The notes beneath the pieces are model-generated. The model was not told the origin of the DNA, did no database searches, and saw nothing but the letters and a program-made list of their open reading frames with translations. A stretch of 64,000 nucleotides of DNA from contig CAVHQU010000001.1 of assembly GCA_963638555.1 (NCBI GenBank), forward strand, positions 169,309-233,308, in the 5' to 3' direction. Made by a program: the position numbers and the translations under genes. This document shows, in pieces, positions 9,501 through 18,503 of the stretch (position 1 is the first letter of the stretch; each line of letters begins with the position of its first letter). The stretch is from a bacterium (GTDB lineage: Bacteria; Bacillota_I; Bacilli_A; RFN20; CAG-826).

Positions 9501-10610
9501 TTATTTAACTAATTTATCAAACAATTCTTTTGCAGCAATAATCGCATCATCCATATCAAAATAACGATAGAGAGCTAAACGTCCCAAGAAATACACATGT
9601 GGTTCAAGTTTCTTTACTTCATCAAGGTATTTCTTTGCTAAATCATTATTTTTTGCATCATTGACGGTGTAATAAGGAATTTTTCCATCAGAATATGTGT
9701 CTGGGTATTCCTTGTAGATAATTGTTGAATGATGGTTTTCACAATATGGGTCAAAATGCTTATGTTCTGTTATTCTCGTGTATCCAACATCTTTTGAAGT
9801 GTAATTAACAACTGGATTTGATTGATAATCATCAATATTGAGAGTTTCTTCTTCAAAGCGTAATGATCTCCATTCAAGTTTGCCAAAACAGTAGTCAAAA
9901 TAGGAATCTAACTGACCCGTGTATATGATTACTGGTGCAACGGAGGCATATTTTTCTTTTTCTTTGAGGTAATCAACGTTATATATAACATCAATTCCTT
10001 TAGCAAGATTCTTGGCGAATTCAGAGTAACCGCCCTTAGGAAGGCCTTGATAGCAATCATTGAAATAATTGTTGTTATATTCAAATCTTAATGGGAGGCG
10101 TTTGATAATTGATGCAGGGAGATCCTTGCAATCTCTTCCCCATTGTTTCTCAGTGTATTCTTTGATGAGTTTTGTATAAACAGTTCTTCCAACCATGTTT
10201 AAAGCTTGCTCTTCAAGATTCTTTGGCTCTTTGATACCTTCTTTTTCAATCTCTTGAGCAATGATTGCTTTAGCTTCTTCTGGCATATTTACACCCCATA
10301 ATTCATGGAACGTGTTCATATTGAATGGAAGGTGATATCTTTCACCGTGATAGTTTGCAATAGGACAATTCATGAATGGATAAACCTCAGAATGTTCATT
10401 GAAGAAATTCCAAGCAAAGTCATCGGATGTGTGAAAAATATGAGGGCCATATGTGTGTACAATAATTCCATCAATGTTTTCTGTAGCGATGTTTCCACCT
10501 AAATGGTCTCTTTTTTCTAAGATCAAAACTTTTTTGCCAGCATCGGCTAATAGTCTAGCGATGCTTAATCCGGATAAACCGGCCCCAATAATTAGATAAT
10601 CGTAATTCAT
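9501..10610 (-). CDS. glf: UDP-galactopyranose mutase
   Basis: FAD fingerprint YDYLIIGAGLSGLSIARLL and family-typical blocks (GGNI, HIFHT, YTEKQWG, YNNNYFND, RLALYRYFDMD). Confidence 0.85.
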   Translation of the reverse strand: MNYDYLIIGAGLSGLSIARLLADAGKKVLILEKRDHLGGNIATENIDGIIVHTYGPHIFHTSDDFAWNFFNEHSEVYPFMNCPIANYHGERYHLPFNMNTFHELWGVNMPEEAKAIIAQEIEKEGIKEPKNLEEQALNMVGRTVYTKLIKEYTEKQWGRDCKDLPASIIKRLPLRFEYNNNYFNDCYQGLPKGGYSEFAKNLAKGIDVIYNVDYLKEKEKYASVAPVIIYTGQLDSYFDYCFGKLEWRSLRFEEETLNIDDYQSNPVVNYTSKDVGYTRITEHKHFDPYCENHHSTIIYKEYPDTYSDGKIPYYTVNDAKNNDLAKKYLDEVKKLEPHVYFLGRLALYRYFDMDDAIIAAKELFDKLVK

Positions 10611-10616
10611 GAAAAC

Positions 10617-10625
10617 ATTATAACA
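10617..10625 (-). promoter_or_regulatory. Extended -10 element (TGTTATAAT) 6 nt upstream of the glf ATG; leaderless candidate
   Basis: Minus strand reads ctaTGTTATAATgttttcATG, with no SD. Confidence 0.45.
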
Positions 10626-10665
10626 TAGAAAAAGCCATTAAGTTCATTAATGGCTCTTAAGGTAT

Positions 10666-12447
10666 TTATTTAGATTCAACGAAGGCCGCTAATTTAGCAT
10701 TATCATAAAAATTAGCACGTTCATATTCATAGTCTGGGGTGATACCACCATCATTATCAATCATCTTTCCGTCTTTTTCATAATTAAGACGTTCGGTGCC
10801 TGACATTTGAACGATCATTCCATCGGCAGTAACACAATTTCTAACGACACATGAACCTCCGCCAGATTTTTCACCGATAATTTTAGCGGCACCTGTTGTT
10901 TTGCAAATGGTCGGGAAGAGATTGGCGCAAGAAAACGAGTACGATGAAGTCAAAGCGTAGAAATTATACTTGCCAGCAAATGAATCATTATCGTCAAATT
11001 TTCCATCAAGATTCGTATCAACATTATAAGAGAGAGTTGTAGTTGACTTAGTTGTTGGATTATCGAGGTAAATCTTAACATCTTTTGTTAAGAAACCCAT
11101 TGTTTCGATTAAAGCATCGACAGCTCCACCACCATTGAGAGTTACATCGATGACAACGTTCTCAATTTCTGAGTGCTTTTGAATTTGGCTGAAACACGAA
11201 TAGAAGATTGCAAACGTTTCAGTTGAAGTTAGAGAAGATGCGTTTTGTGGAGTGATTTTAGTTCCATTTGTTTCATAGGAATCAAGACGGATAATCGCCG
11301 TCTTATTTTGAATCGAGAAACCAGGAACATTTCCGCCAAAAGCATTTATTCTTAAGGCTCTTAATTCGTTGTATGAATTTGATAGAGTTCTAACACGTTC
11401 ACTACTTTGAACATTTCCTCTAGTAGTGTTATTAACATCCCCATAGAAAGATGAAAAGGTGCCCGTTGAAGTGTGACCATCTCCAAATACCGTAATATAA
11501 AGTTCATTGATTCCAGTCTCATAAGTACGTGTATCACGCGATTTCAAATGATCACGAACTGTTGAGTAATTTGCTTTGAGATATGTATCAAAATCAGAAT
11601 TCTTAAAGTATTTGTCATTAAAACCATAGAAGTTGTTGAAGTTGAAACAAAGGGAATTATAAGCGTATTCTGCCATTGTTGAACTCCTCTTAGAGCCACT
11701 TGAATAAGCGCCACTGTAATAGGCCTTACAGTATGAAGAGGCTACCGATTCGCCTGAAGCTGACTTTTGAGGTTTTGTGAAATACGAAGAAATTGCAGCA
11801 TAGAAATCGGTTCCATTGAAAGCAAATGGTGATGCGACAGATTCAAAAAGAGTGCTCTCAACAACGCTGTAAGGAAGATAAACGTCAGATCCATCAGCGA
11901 TTGTATCTAAATTTGAAGCGGCAAGGTTAAATGTTGTCGAGCCTGGATCGGTGAATTTGTATTTGCTTGTATCTGTCTTAATAAGTGAATTTTCTTTATC
12001 AGCCGTATCAGCTAAGCCATTTATGACAGATGATCCGCTTAAAGCTTGTATAAACTTCTCATAACTATTAAAAGTTATCGTATCTTTTTCGACATTGATG
12101 GCGATCGTGTATGTAAATTCTTTGCTAGGAAGCTCAAAAGTATATACGTTATCATCAAAATCGCTGTAATAAGAATCTGAACCGGTAAGTGCGTTTAAAA
12201 CCTCAGAAAACGAAACATAAGGAATGTCTTCATATGTTCTATATTTAAGTGTTCCTTTCGACTTTGTAACTATATCTGTTTTATCGTCGCTTAGAGTTCC
12301 GCCATATAAGTTTGCTGTTTTGACTTCGCTTAAATCAGCTGCTTTCGGGTCAGTTTTGCCGAATTGGCATGAGGTAAGTATCGATAATGCAGCGCCAGAT
12401 AAAACACAAATACTGACGAATGGTATTAATTGTAATTTCTTTTTCAT
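10666..12447 (-). CDS. Lipoprotein with S41 (C-terminal processing peptidase)-like domain
   Basis: Signal peptide with lipobox (LSILTSC). Contains VVIDVTLNGGGAVDAL and IGEKSGGGSC blocks typical of S41 peptidases. Paralog of 59419-61194. Confidence 0.6.
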   Translation of the reverse strand: MKKKLQLIPFVSICVLSGAALSILTSCQFGKTDPKAADLSEVKTANLYGGTLSDDKTDIVTKSKGTLKYRTYEDIPYVSFSEVLNALTGSDSYYSDFDDNVYTFELPSKEFTYTIAINVEKDTITFNSYEKFIQALSGSSVINGLADTADKENSLIKTDTSKYKFTDPGSTTFNLAASNLDTIADGSDVYLPYSVVESTLFESVASPFAFNGTDFYAAISSYFTKPQKSASGESVASSYCKAYYSGAYSSGSKRSSTMAEYAYNSLCFNFNNFYGFNDKYFKNSDFDTYLKANYSTVRDHLKSRDTRTYETGINELYITVFGDGHTSTGTFSSFYGDVNNTTRGNVQSSERVRTLSNSYNELRALRINAFGGNVPGFSIQNKTAIIRLDSYETNGTKITPQNASSLTSTETFAIFYSCFSQIQKHSEIENVVIDVTLNGGGAVDALIETMGFLTKDVKIYLDNPTTKSTTTLSYNVDTNLDGKFDDNDSFAGKYNFYALTSSYSFSCANLFPTICKTTGAAKIIGEKSGGGSCVVRNCVTADGMIVQMSGTERLNYEKDGKMIDNDGGITPDYEYERANFYDNAKLAAFVESK

Positions 12448-12560
12448 TGTTTTTTCTCCTATTCGTTTATCGAGCGTTATTATAAATGCAAAAAATATTT
12501 AGTCATACCTAAATATTAAATATTTAAAAATATTTTGTTTGCATCAAGCTAATTCGAGAA

Positions 12561-13262
12561 CTAAGCTTCATGTACATTTTCTTTTTTTATCGTTTTATGA
12601 ACGTCTTTTAAGGAAAGAATACAAAAAACAACAGGCACCAACGGTGCAAGATTACTCAAAGTTTCAAGAACCGAAATATAACTTTCAAAAGGCAAATAAT
12701 ATTGAGCAATACCAAATGGAACGCTTAATGTGATGAAACCAATACCAATTAACATCAAGACTTCCCAAATAAGTTTCTCCTTAGGGAAGAAAACGGTTAT
12801 TGCAAATGTCAATATCGATAAAAGAAGGCAGCCAAACTCAATAAAATATAAAATATTGCGAAGAGTAAAGGCTTCATGAAGTTTCTCGGGCAATGCAATT
12901 AACTCGGGCGTTACCATGGCACCAGCAACAACCACCCAAGCAAAAAGATAGAAAGTAGACAATCCTTGTATACCTATCAGTTCTTTTTTCTTGGCAATAT
13001 CAGCTATGCCATCAACAAAGGTAAACAAGATGATGGCAAAGATAAGTTGGATGGCTTCATAAGAGATGGCTTGGTTTAAATCAGTAAGAGCATCACCAGT
13101 GACGCTGCTTTTCTCTATTGTGTATAAGATAATCAAAGTAACGCCAAAAATAATGTGAAATATATCGAAAATAGTGAAGCCAAAGAAATTGTAATTCTTG
13201 AATGGATGTTTTTTCGTATCGTTGTCAGTTTTAGTTTTGAATTGTTCAGGATCTAGTTTCAT
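12561..13262 (-). CDS. Hypothetical integral membrane protein
   Basis: 233-aa ORF with about 6 hydrophobic helices. I recognise no domain. Confidence 0.5.
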   Translation of the reverse strand: MKLDPEQFKTKTDNDTKKHPFKNYNFFGFTIFDIFHIIFGVTLIILYTIEKSSVTGDALTDLNQAISYEAIQLIFAIILFTFVDGIADIAKKKELIGIQGLSTFYLFAWVVVAGAMVTPELIALPEKLHEAFTLRNILYFIEFGCLLLSILTFAITVFFPKEKLIWEVLMLIGIGFITLSVPFGIAQYYLPFESYISVLETLSNLAPLVPVVFCILSLKDVHKTIKKENVHEA

Positions 13263-13283
13263 AGCAATTAAGAATGATAATCC

Positions 13284-14048
13284 TTACTCGGCTTTTTTGG
13301 TAGGAAGAATATACTCATTCAAGTCATTTGCTTGATTCAAATTTCTTGTCGCAAAGTAGAGAGGATAAAAGAAAACTAAGGCGAATATTATCGTCACGAT
13401 TGAGGTGAATAATGCAGCCGGCAATTTGCTAACCGATGCAATGAATGCCGCTTCAAAAGTCGTCCCAAGCATAATAGAGAAAAGTATTCTAAGAAAGAAT
13501 TCGCCAACAACATTGACCAATAAGCCGCAAACAAGGGCAAACAACAAGCATTTAGTTGAAACAGGCATCCAAAATGATGCAATCAAGGCAATAAGCAAAA
13601 TTCCACAAAGAATTGATGAGGCAATGACAGCGGTTAATGAATAGCCAGATCCATTGGTGAGATATCCATAAAGTATCCAGCCAAAAGCAATTAAGCCGAC
13701 CCCTGTAGCGATTCCGAGCATTAACGTGCCATTAATTTTCTTTTTTAAGCAGATTCTAAAAAGCAATCCAACAACAAACCCAAAAAGGAATTTGACGATG
13801 AAACTTCTAAGATATGTATTCCATCCATATCCTAAAGCAATGTCACAAAATCCCATGCCTAAAGAGCCGGCAAGTCCACCAATAAGCGGTCCGCATAAGA
13901 GACCTGCCAATACGCAGAATAAGTTGCCTAAGTGAATTTTGCTTGTTCCTAAGGGAATCGAAATGAAGGTTCCGCCAAAGCATAAAGCGATAAATATTGC
14001 ACAATAAATGATTTTTATTAATAATGATCTTTCTTTGCTCATAATCAT
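13284..14048 (-). CDS. ECF-transporter S-component-like membrane protein
   Basis: Multi-TM. The N-terminal block IPLGTSKIHLGNLFCVLAGLLCGPLIGGLAGSLGMGFCD resembles substrate-capture (S) components. The start could instead be ATG 14042. Confidence 0.45.
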   Translation of the reverse strand: MIMSKERSLLIKIIYCAIFIALCFGGTFISIPLGTSKIHLGNLFCVLAGLLCGPLIGGLAGSLGMGFCDIALGYGWNTYLRSFIVKFLFGFVVGLLFRICLKKKINGTLMLGIATGVGLIAFGWILYGYLTNGSGYSLTAVIASSILCGILLIALIASFWMPVSTKCLLFALVCGLLVNVVGEFFLRILFSIMLGTTFEAAFIASVSKLPAALFTSIVTIIFALVFFYPLYFATRNLNQANDLNEYILPTKKAE

Positions 14049-14053
14049 TCAAG

Positions 14054-14082
14054 ATATTAGATAAGCATAATGATTAAATCAA
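14054..14082 (-). promoter_or_regulatory. Sigma-A-type promoter TTGATT-N17-TAATAT ending 5 nt before the ATG (leaderless candidate)
   Basis: Minus strand reads TTGATTtaatcattatgcttatcTAATATcttgaATG, with no SD. Confidence 0.45.
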
Positions 14083-14188
14083 GTAAATGTTTTGTAATTG
14101 TTCCATTCCATCGACATTTTTATTTTTGCTCACTAGCCAATATTTCAAGAATCATTTATTATGTAAAGGTCAGGTAAAAGAAACGTAA

Positions 14189-15919
14189 ATGTTTAGTAAC
14201 TTAATCCTCGAAAGTTCAGCAAGCAGTTCTCTGTTAGTCCAAATCTTACTAATGATCGGTGGGTTAGGTGCCCTTTTCGTTGGTATGAACATGCTCCAAG
14301 CCGCAACTGAAAAGCTCGCAACTGGAGGTCTTAAAAAATTATTTAAGAAAACCGCCAATTCAAAATTAGCAGGTGTTGGCATTGGCACACTAGCCACCAT
14401 GATTATGCAATCAAGTGGAGCTACGACTATCATGGTAGTTGGCTTTGTTAACGCAGGCGTTATGACTTTGGTTCAGGCTGCTACATATATCATGGGCGCA
14501 AATATTGGCACTACTATAACTGCTCAAATAGTCGCATTAGGCGGTTTATCATCTTCGTCTCTTCCTTTAACGCAAATCATCATTTCTTTAACTCTCGTTG
14601 GCGTCATCATGAGAATGATTTGCCACAAGAGATGGCCGAAGGTTGCCTTCGCTGGAGATATGATAACTGGTCTAGGTCTCATTTTCTTAGGTTTGAATAC
14701 AATGACAACAAATATGAGTGCTCTTCTTACAGACAATGAAGCAATCAAAAACGCACTCACGTCCCTCACCAATCCATTCCTTCTCTTGTTAATCGGTATC
14801 GTTTTAACTGCATTAGCTCAATCGTCTTCTGCTATCACTTCAATCGTTTTAGCTCTTGCAATGGCAGGTGCTGTCGTTGGTGGCAGTGGAAACGGTGTCC
14901 TTTATCTTATCTTAGGTTCCAACATCGGTTCATGTTCTACTGCGCTATTATCAGCAATAGGATCAACAACTAATGGCAAAAGAACTGCAGTCATCCACTT
15001 GTTATTCAACGTCTTTGGCTCCATTATCTTCTTTATTATTCTTATTTGCTGGCCTAACGCAATGGAAAGCACCTTAGCAAAATGGTTCCCTAATTCTCCT
15101 GCGACTCAAATTGCTATGTTCCACACTTTCTTTAATGTTGTTGTAACAATCCTTTTCTTGCCATTTACAAAATTCTTGGCTTTCTTAGCAAGCAAAATTA
15201 TTCCAGAAAAAGGCAAGAATCCAGAAGAAGATCTTCTCGATTCAAGATTCCTCGCTACCCCTGAAGTCGCCTTAACCCAAGCCATTTCTTATTATCACAT
15301 CATGGCTAAACTAGCCTTAGACGACTTAAATATGGCTTTAGATGCGTTTGTGGTAAAAGATGGTAATAAGAAGTCTCAAATTGATGACTTAGAAAACAAA
15401 GTTTTGCGTATGTCAAAAGAGCTTAGCGGATTCATCGTTCAAATATCCGCTAATGGAGTTTCGGAAGAATCTCAAAAGAGAATTTCAAGAATGCAATTAG
15501 ATATTGCCGACATTGTCCGTTTAACCGAGGTTGCAGACAATATAACAGGTTATACAAACCATGAAATTAATGATGAATTAACATTCTCAGCCGTCGTTTT
15601 TGATGATTTGAAAATAATGAAGGCAAAGATTGAAGAGATGTTTGCCAAAGTAGATAAAATCGTCGATAAACCAACATTGAATGATTTGAATATCGCCCGC
15701 AAGATGGAAGATGGGATTGATGATATGCGAACATCAATGGTCAAAGGTCACCTAAAAAGGCTTGAGAGTGGGGAATGTAAGCCTCAAAACTCAAATATAT
15801 TTATCAATTTAGTTGGCAATCTTGAAAGATGCGGGGACCATCTTAACTTTATTGCGGAACGTTCATGTAGTGATCTTCTTCCTAAAGACGAAGAAAACAA
15901 CATTACATTGCACCCTTAA
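14189..15919 (+). CDS. Na+/phosphate cotransporter family protein with C-terminal PhoU-like domain
   Basis: Duplicated Na_Pi_cotrans blocks (GANIGTTITAQ; GSNIGSCSTA) and a helical PhoU-like C-terminus. Confidence 0.8.
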   Translation: MFSNLILESSASSSLLVQILLMIGGLGALFVGMNMLQAATEKLATGGLKKLFKKTANSKLAGVGIGTLATMIMQSSGATTIMVVGFVNAGVMTLVQAATYIMGANIGTTITAQIVALGGLSSSSLPLTQIIISLTLVGVIMRMICHKRWPKVAFAGDMITGLGLIFLGLNTMTTNMSALLTDNEAIKNALTSLTNPFLLLLIGIVLTALAQSSSAITSIVLALAMAGAVVGGSGNGVLYLILGSNIGSCSTALLSAIGSTTNGKRTAVIHLLFNVFGSIIFFIILICWPNAMESTLAKWFPNSPATQIAMFHTFFNVVVTILFLPFTKFLAFLASKIIPEKGKNPEEDLLDSRFLATPEVALTQAISYYHIMAKLALDDLNMALDAFVVKDGNKKSQIDDLENKVLRMSKELSGFIVQISANGVSEESQKRISRMQLDIADIVRLTEVADNITGYTNHEINDELTFSAVVFDDLKIMKAKIEEMFAKVDKIVDKPTLNDLNIARKMEDGIDDMRTSMVKGHLKRLESGECKPQNSNIFINLVGNLERCGDHLNFIAERSCSDLLPKDEENNITLHP

Positions 15920-16419
15920 TCAAAGATGTATTCTTGGCGGTTAGAGTAACCGTCTTTTTTTAATGAAGAATCAAGGAAATTGTATTTCTTTGGCATTAGT
16001 TTTAATAAATGAAGGGACGCGTTCATTTTCTTGATTGTTTCAAGATTGATGCCTTTTCTTTTAGCAATTGAAATAAATTCGTTAGAATCTTCAGATACAA
16101 CTTCTGCAACTGCTTCTATTTGCAAAGAATGAATCGAAGAAAAACCACTGTATGGTTCATATATTGTAGCTGCGACATTCTTATTCTTTTCAAGATATTT
16201 GAATTTAAGCCCACCCTCGGAAAATAGATAGAAACATCCATCATAATAATTATATTCAATTGGAGTACACCTAACTTCTTCTCCATACCCTGTGGCTAAA
16301 GCCATCGTATTGTGATTTAAGATAAAGTCTTCAATCTTCTTAAAGAGTTCTTCTTTTTCGATCTTCTTAGATTGAGCATCTCTCTTGATCCAATATTCAC
16401 TTGCTTCCTTATAATTCAT
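15916..16419 (-). CDS. Pyridoxamine-5'-phosphate-oxidase-like FMN-binding split-barrel protein
   Basis: Start moved to ATG 16419 (MNYKEASEYW; SD agagg); the track ORF begins at 16512. Has the MALATGYGEEVRCTPIEY ... CFYLFSEGG pattern. Its 3' end overlaps the convergent gene by 4 nt. Confidence 0.6.
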   Translation of the reverse strand: MNYKEASEYWIKRDAQSKKIEKEELFKKIEDFILNHNTMALATGYGEEVRCTPIEYNYYDGCFYLFSEGGLKFKYLEKNKNVAATIYEPYSGFSSIHSLQIEAVAEVVSEDSNEFISIAKRKGINLETIKKMNASLHLLKLMPKKYNFLDSSLKKDGYSNRQEYIFD

Positions 16420-16516
16420 ACACGCATTACCTCTTTTTGATATTTTAACACATTTACTTCGTTGAATTAGCAGACCAATCTTACTAAAATTTATTAGTCT
16501 TAAAGGAGACAAGTCT

Positions 16517-17251
16517 ATGATTCTATATTACATTCGTCACGGAGAACCTAATTATGAGTTAGATTGTTTAACTCCATTAGGAGAGAAAGAAGCAATTGCT
16601 TTATCAGAATTATTAAAGAAAAAAGGCGTTGATAAGATATATGCTTCAAGCATGGGAAGGGCACAAGCTACCGCTAAGCCTACAGCCGAAGTATTTAATC
16701 TTCCAATCATTTCTTGTGATTGGGCTAGAGAAGATAAAACCTGGGAAAACTACGCGGCTCCAATAGACAATAAAGGAACCACATGGGTATTCTGGATTCC
16801 TAAATGGGTCGAGGAATTCATGTCAGACGAAAGTATGGAAGCAGGATATGAATTCTATAAGCTTCCTGTATACGATGAAATCAATCTTAGAAAAGGGATT
16901 GAAGCAACAGACAAAGCCGTAGATAAGTTCATGTTAGAACTTGGATATGAACATGATCGCAAGCATAAATGCTACAGAGAAATCAAAAAAGACGAAGACC
17001 ATATAGCGTTATTCGCTCATCATGGATTTGGAATGGCCTTCTTGTCTTCTTTGTTAGATATACCATATTCATATTTATCGTTAAGAATAGACATGGGTCA
17101 TACTAATTTCACGGAAATTGAATTTAAAGCAAATGAAAATGGATTGGTATTTCCAAAAATCCTTCATTTAGCAGATGACGCTCATCTATACAAGGAGGAT
17201 TTAGCATTTAATTCTGAACCAACCGCATTATATATCGAGGAGAAGAAATAA
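16517..17251 (+). CDS. Histidine phosphatase (phosphoglycerate-mutase-like) family protein
   Basis: Catalytic RHG motif near the N-terminus (ILYYIRHGEP) and a later FAHHG. SD aaggag. Confidence 0.75.
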   Translation: MILYYIRHGEPNYELDCLTPLGEKEAIALSELLKKKGVDKIYASSMGRAQATAKPTAEVFNLPIISCDWAREDKTWENYAAPIDNKGTTWVFWIPKWVEEFMSDESMEAGYEFYKLPVYDEINLRKGIEATDKAVDKFMLELGYEHDRKHKCYREIKKDEDHIALFAHHGFGMAFLSSLLDIPYSYLSLRIDMGHTNFTEIEFKANENGLVFPKILHLADDAHLYKEDLAFNSEPTALYIEEKK

Positions 17252-17252
17252 T

Positions 17253-18350
17253 ATGGAAGAAACAATTCAAGAAGAAAAGAAGCCTTCATTTTGGAAGAAC
17301 CTTAAAGAAAAACTGATGACCACCACAAATGGTATGGCCATAGGTCTTTTTGGAACTTTGATTATTGGAACGATACTAGATTTATTTGCTCAAATACCAT
17401 TCCTTTCGTCTTTATCTAGCTGGACAACCGTCATTAAAGGCTTAATGGGTGCCGGCATTGGTTTAGGTGTTGCTCTCTCATTAAAGAAAAGCGGCGTTGT
17501 CGTTGTAGCATCAATGGCGGCTGGCATGATTGGAAACTATGCATTCTCATTTGCAGATGGATCGGTTTCTTCAATCAGTGATCCCCTTTCTTGCTACATC
17601 AGTTCAGTTCTTTGCCTTTTAGCCATTAAATACATCATGAGAAAGAAGACACCTGTCGATATCATTCTTCTCCCTCTTGTTGGATTGGTTTGTTCCTTGC
17701 TCTACTCCTTCTTATTAGCTACTTATGTTCATTACATTACCGTTGGCTTAGGCTGGATCATCGAAAAGACATTTAACGTTGTTCCATTCTTAATGTGCAT
17801 CTTAATCTCCGTTCTTGTTGGTATGGCGCTTACTGCCCCTATATCCTCAGTGGCAATATGTGTTGCAATCAAGATTGGTGGAACTCCTTTAGCTGCTTAC
17901 GCGGCCTTGATTGGTTGTTGCACCCAAATGGTTGGTTTTGCAGTCCATACAGCAAGAGATAACAAATGGGGCTCAGTTATTGCTGTCGGTATTGGAACAT
18001 CAATGCTTCAATTTAAAAACATCGTTAGAAAACCATTGGTTTGGTTACCGACAATCATTGTTTCAGCAATCTTAGGCCCTCTAGCAATGCTTATGCCAAT
18101 TGAAGATGCTGCTTACTATGCTGAAAATGGATTTACTTCATCATTGTCTGTTGCAGGCGGCATGGGAACATCAGGTTTGGTTGGCCCATTAAATGTTCTT
18201 GCAGCTAATAACTACAACTGGGTTCTTATCATCGAAGTAATTTGTTTCTGCATCATCTTGCCAATCATCTTAGTATTCTTAGTTGATTTATTATTCAGAA
18301 AACTAGGTTGGATTCAAAAAGGCGATTTCTCGCTTAATTCGGACTTATAA
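17253..18350 (+). CDS. Polytopic membrane protein, PTS EIIC_2-like putative permease
   Basis: About 10 TM helices, Gly-rich (MGAGIGLGVALS; GGMGTSGLVGP). Resemblance to the stand-alone PTS_EIIC_2 family is from memory only. Confidence 0.4.
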   Translation: MEETIQEEKKPSFWKNLKEKLMTTTNGMAIGLFGTLIIGTILDLFAQIPFLSSLSSWTTVIKGLMGAGIGLGVALSLKKSGVVVVASMAAGMIGNYAFSFADGSVSSISDPLSCYISSVLCLLAIKYIMRKKTPVDIILLPLVGLVCSLLYSFLLATYVHYITVGLGWIIEKTFNVVPFLMCILISVLVGMALTAPISSVAICVAIKIGGTPLAAYAALIGCCTQMVGFAVHTARDNKWGSVIAVGIGTSMLQFKNIVRKPLVWLPTIIVSAILGPLAMLMPIEDAAYYAENGFTSSLSVAGGMGTSGLVGPLNVLAANNYNWVLIIEVICFCIILPIILVFLVDLLFRKLGWIQKGDFSLNSDL

Positions 18351-18354
18351 AACT

Positions 18355-18378
18355 ATCCCTCTTGCATGAGGGATTTTT
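18355..18378 (+). terminator. Rho-independent terminator
   Basis: Stem atccctc/gagggat followed by ttttt. Confidence 0.6.
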
Positions 18379-18456
18379 AATAGCTTCCTTGCCTTTCTTA
18401 ATAACAAAATAAAGGGTGCGTGTAGCGATATTTAAGCAATTCGTTAGCAATGTAAG

Positions 18457-18488
18457 CAAAAGAAAAAGCGTCTCTGTGCTGAGACGCT
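18457..18488 (-). terminator. Rho-independent terminator
   Basis: Stem agcgtctc/gagacgct, with a T-run on the minus strand. Confidence 0.6.
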
Positions 18489-18503
18489 TTAACAAATATT
18501 AGT

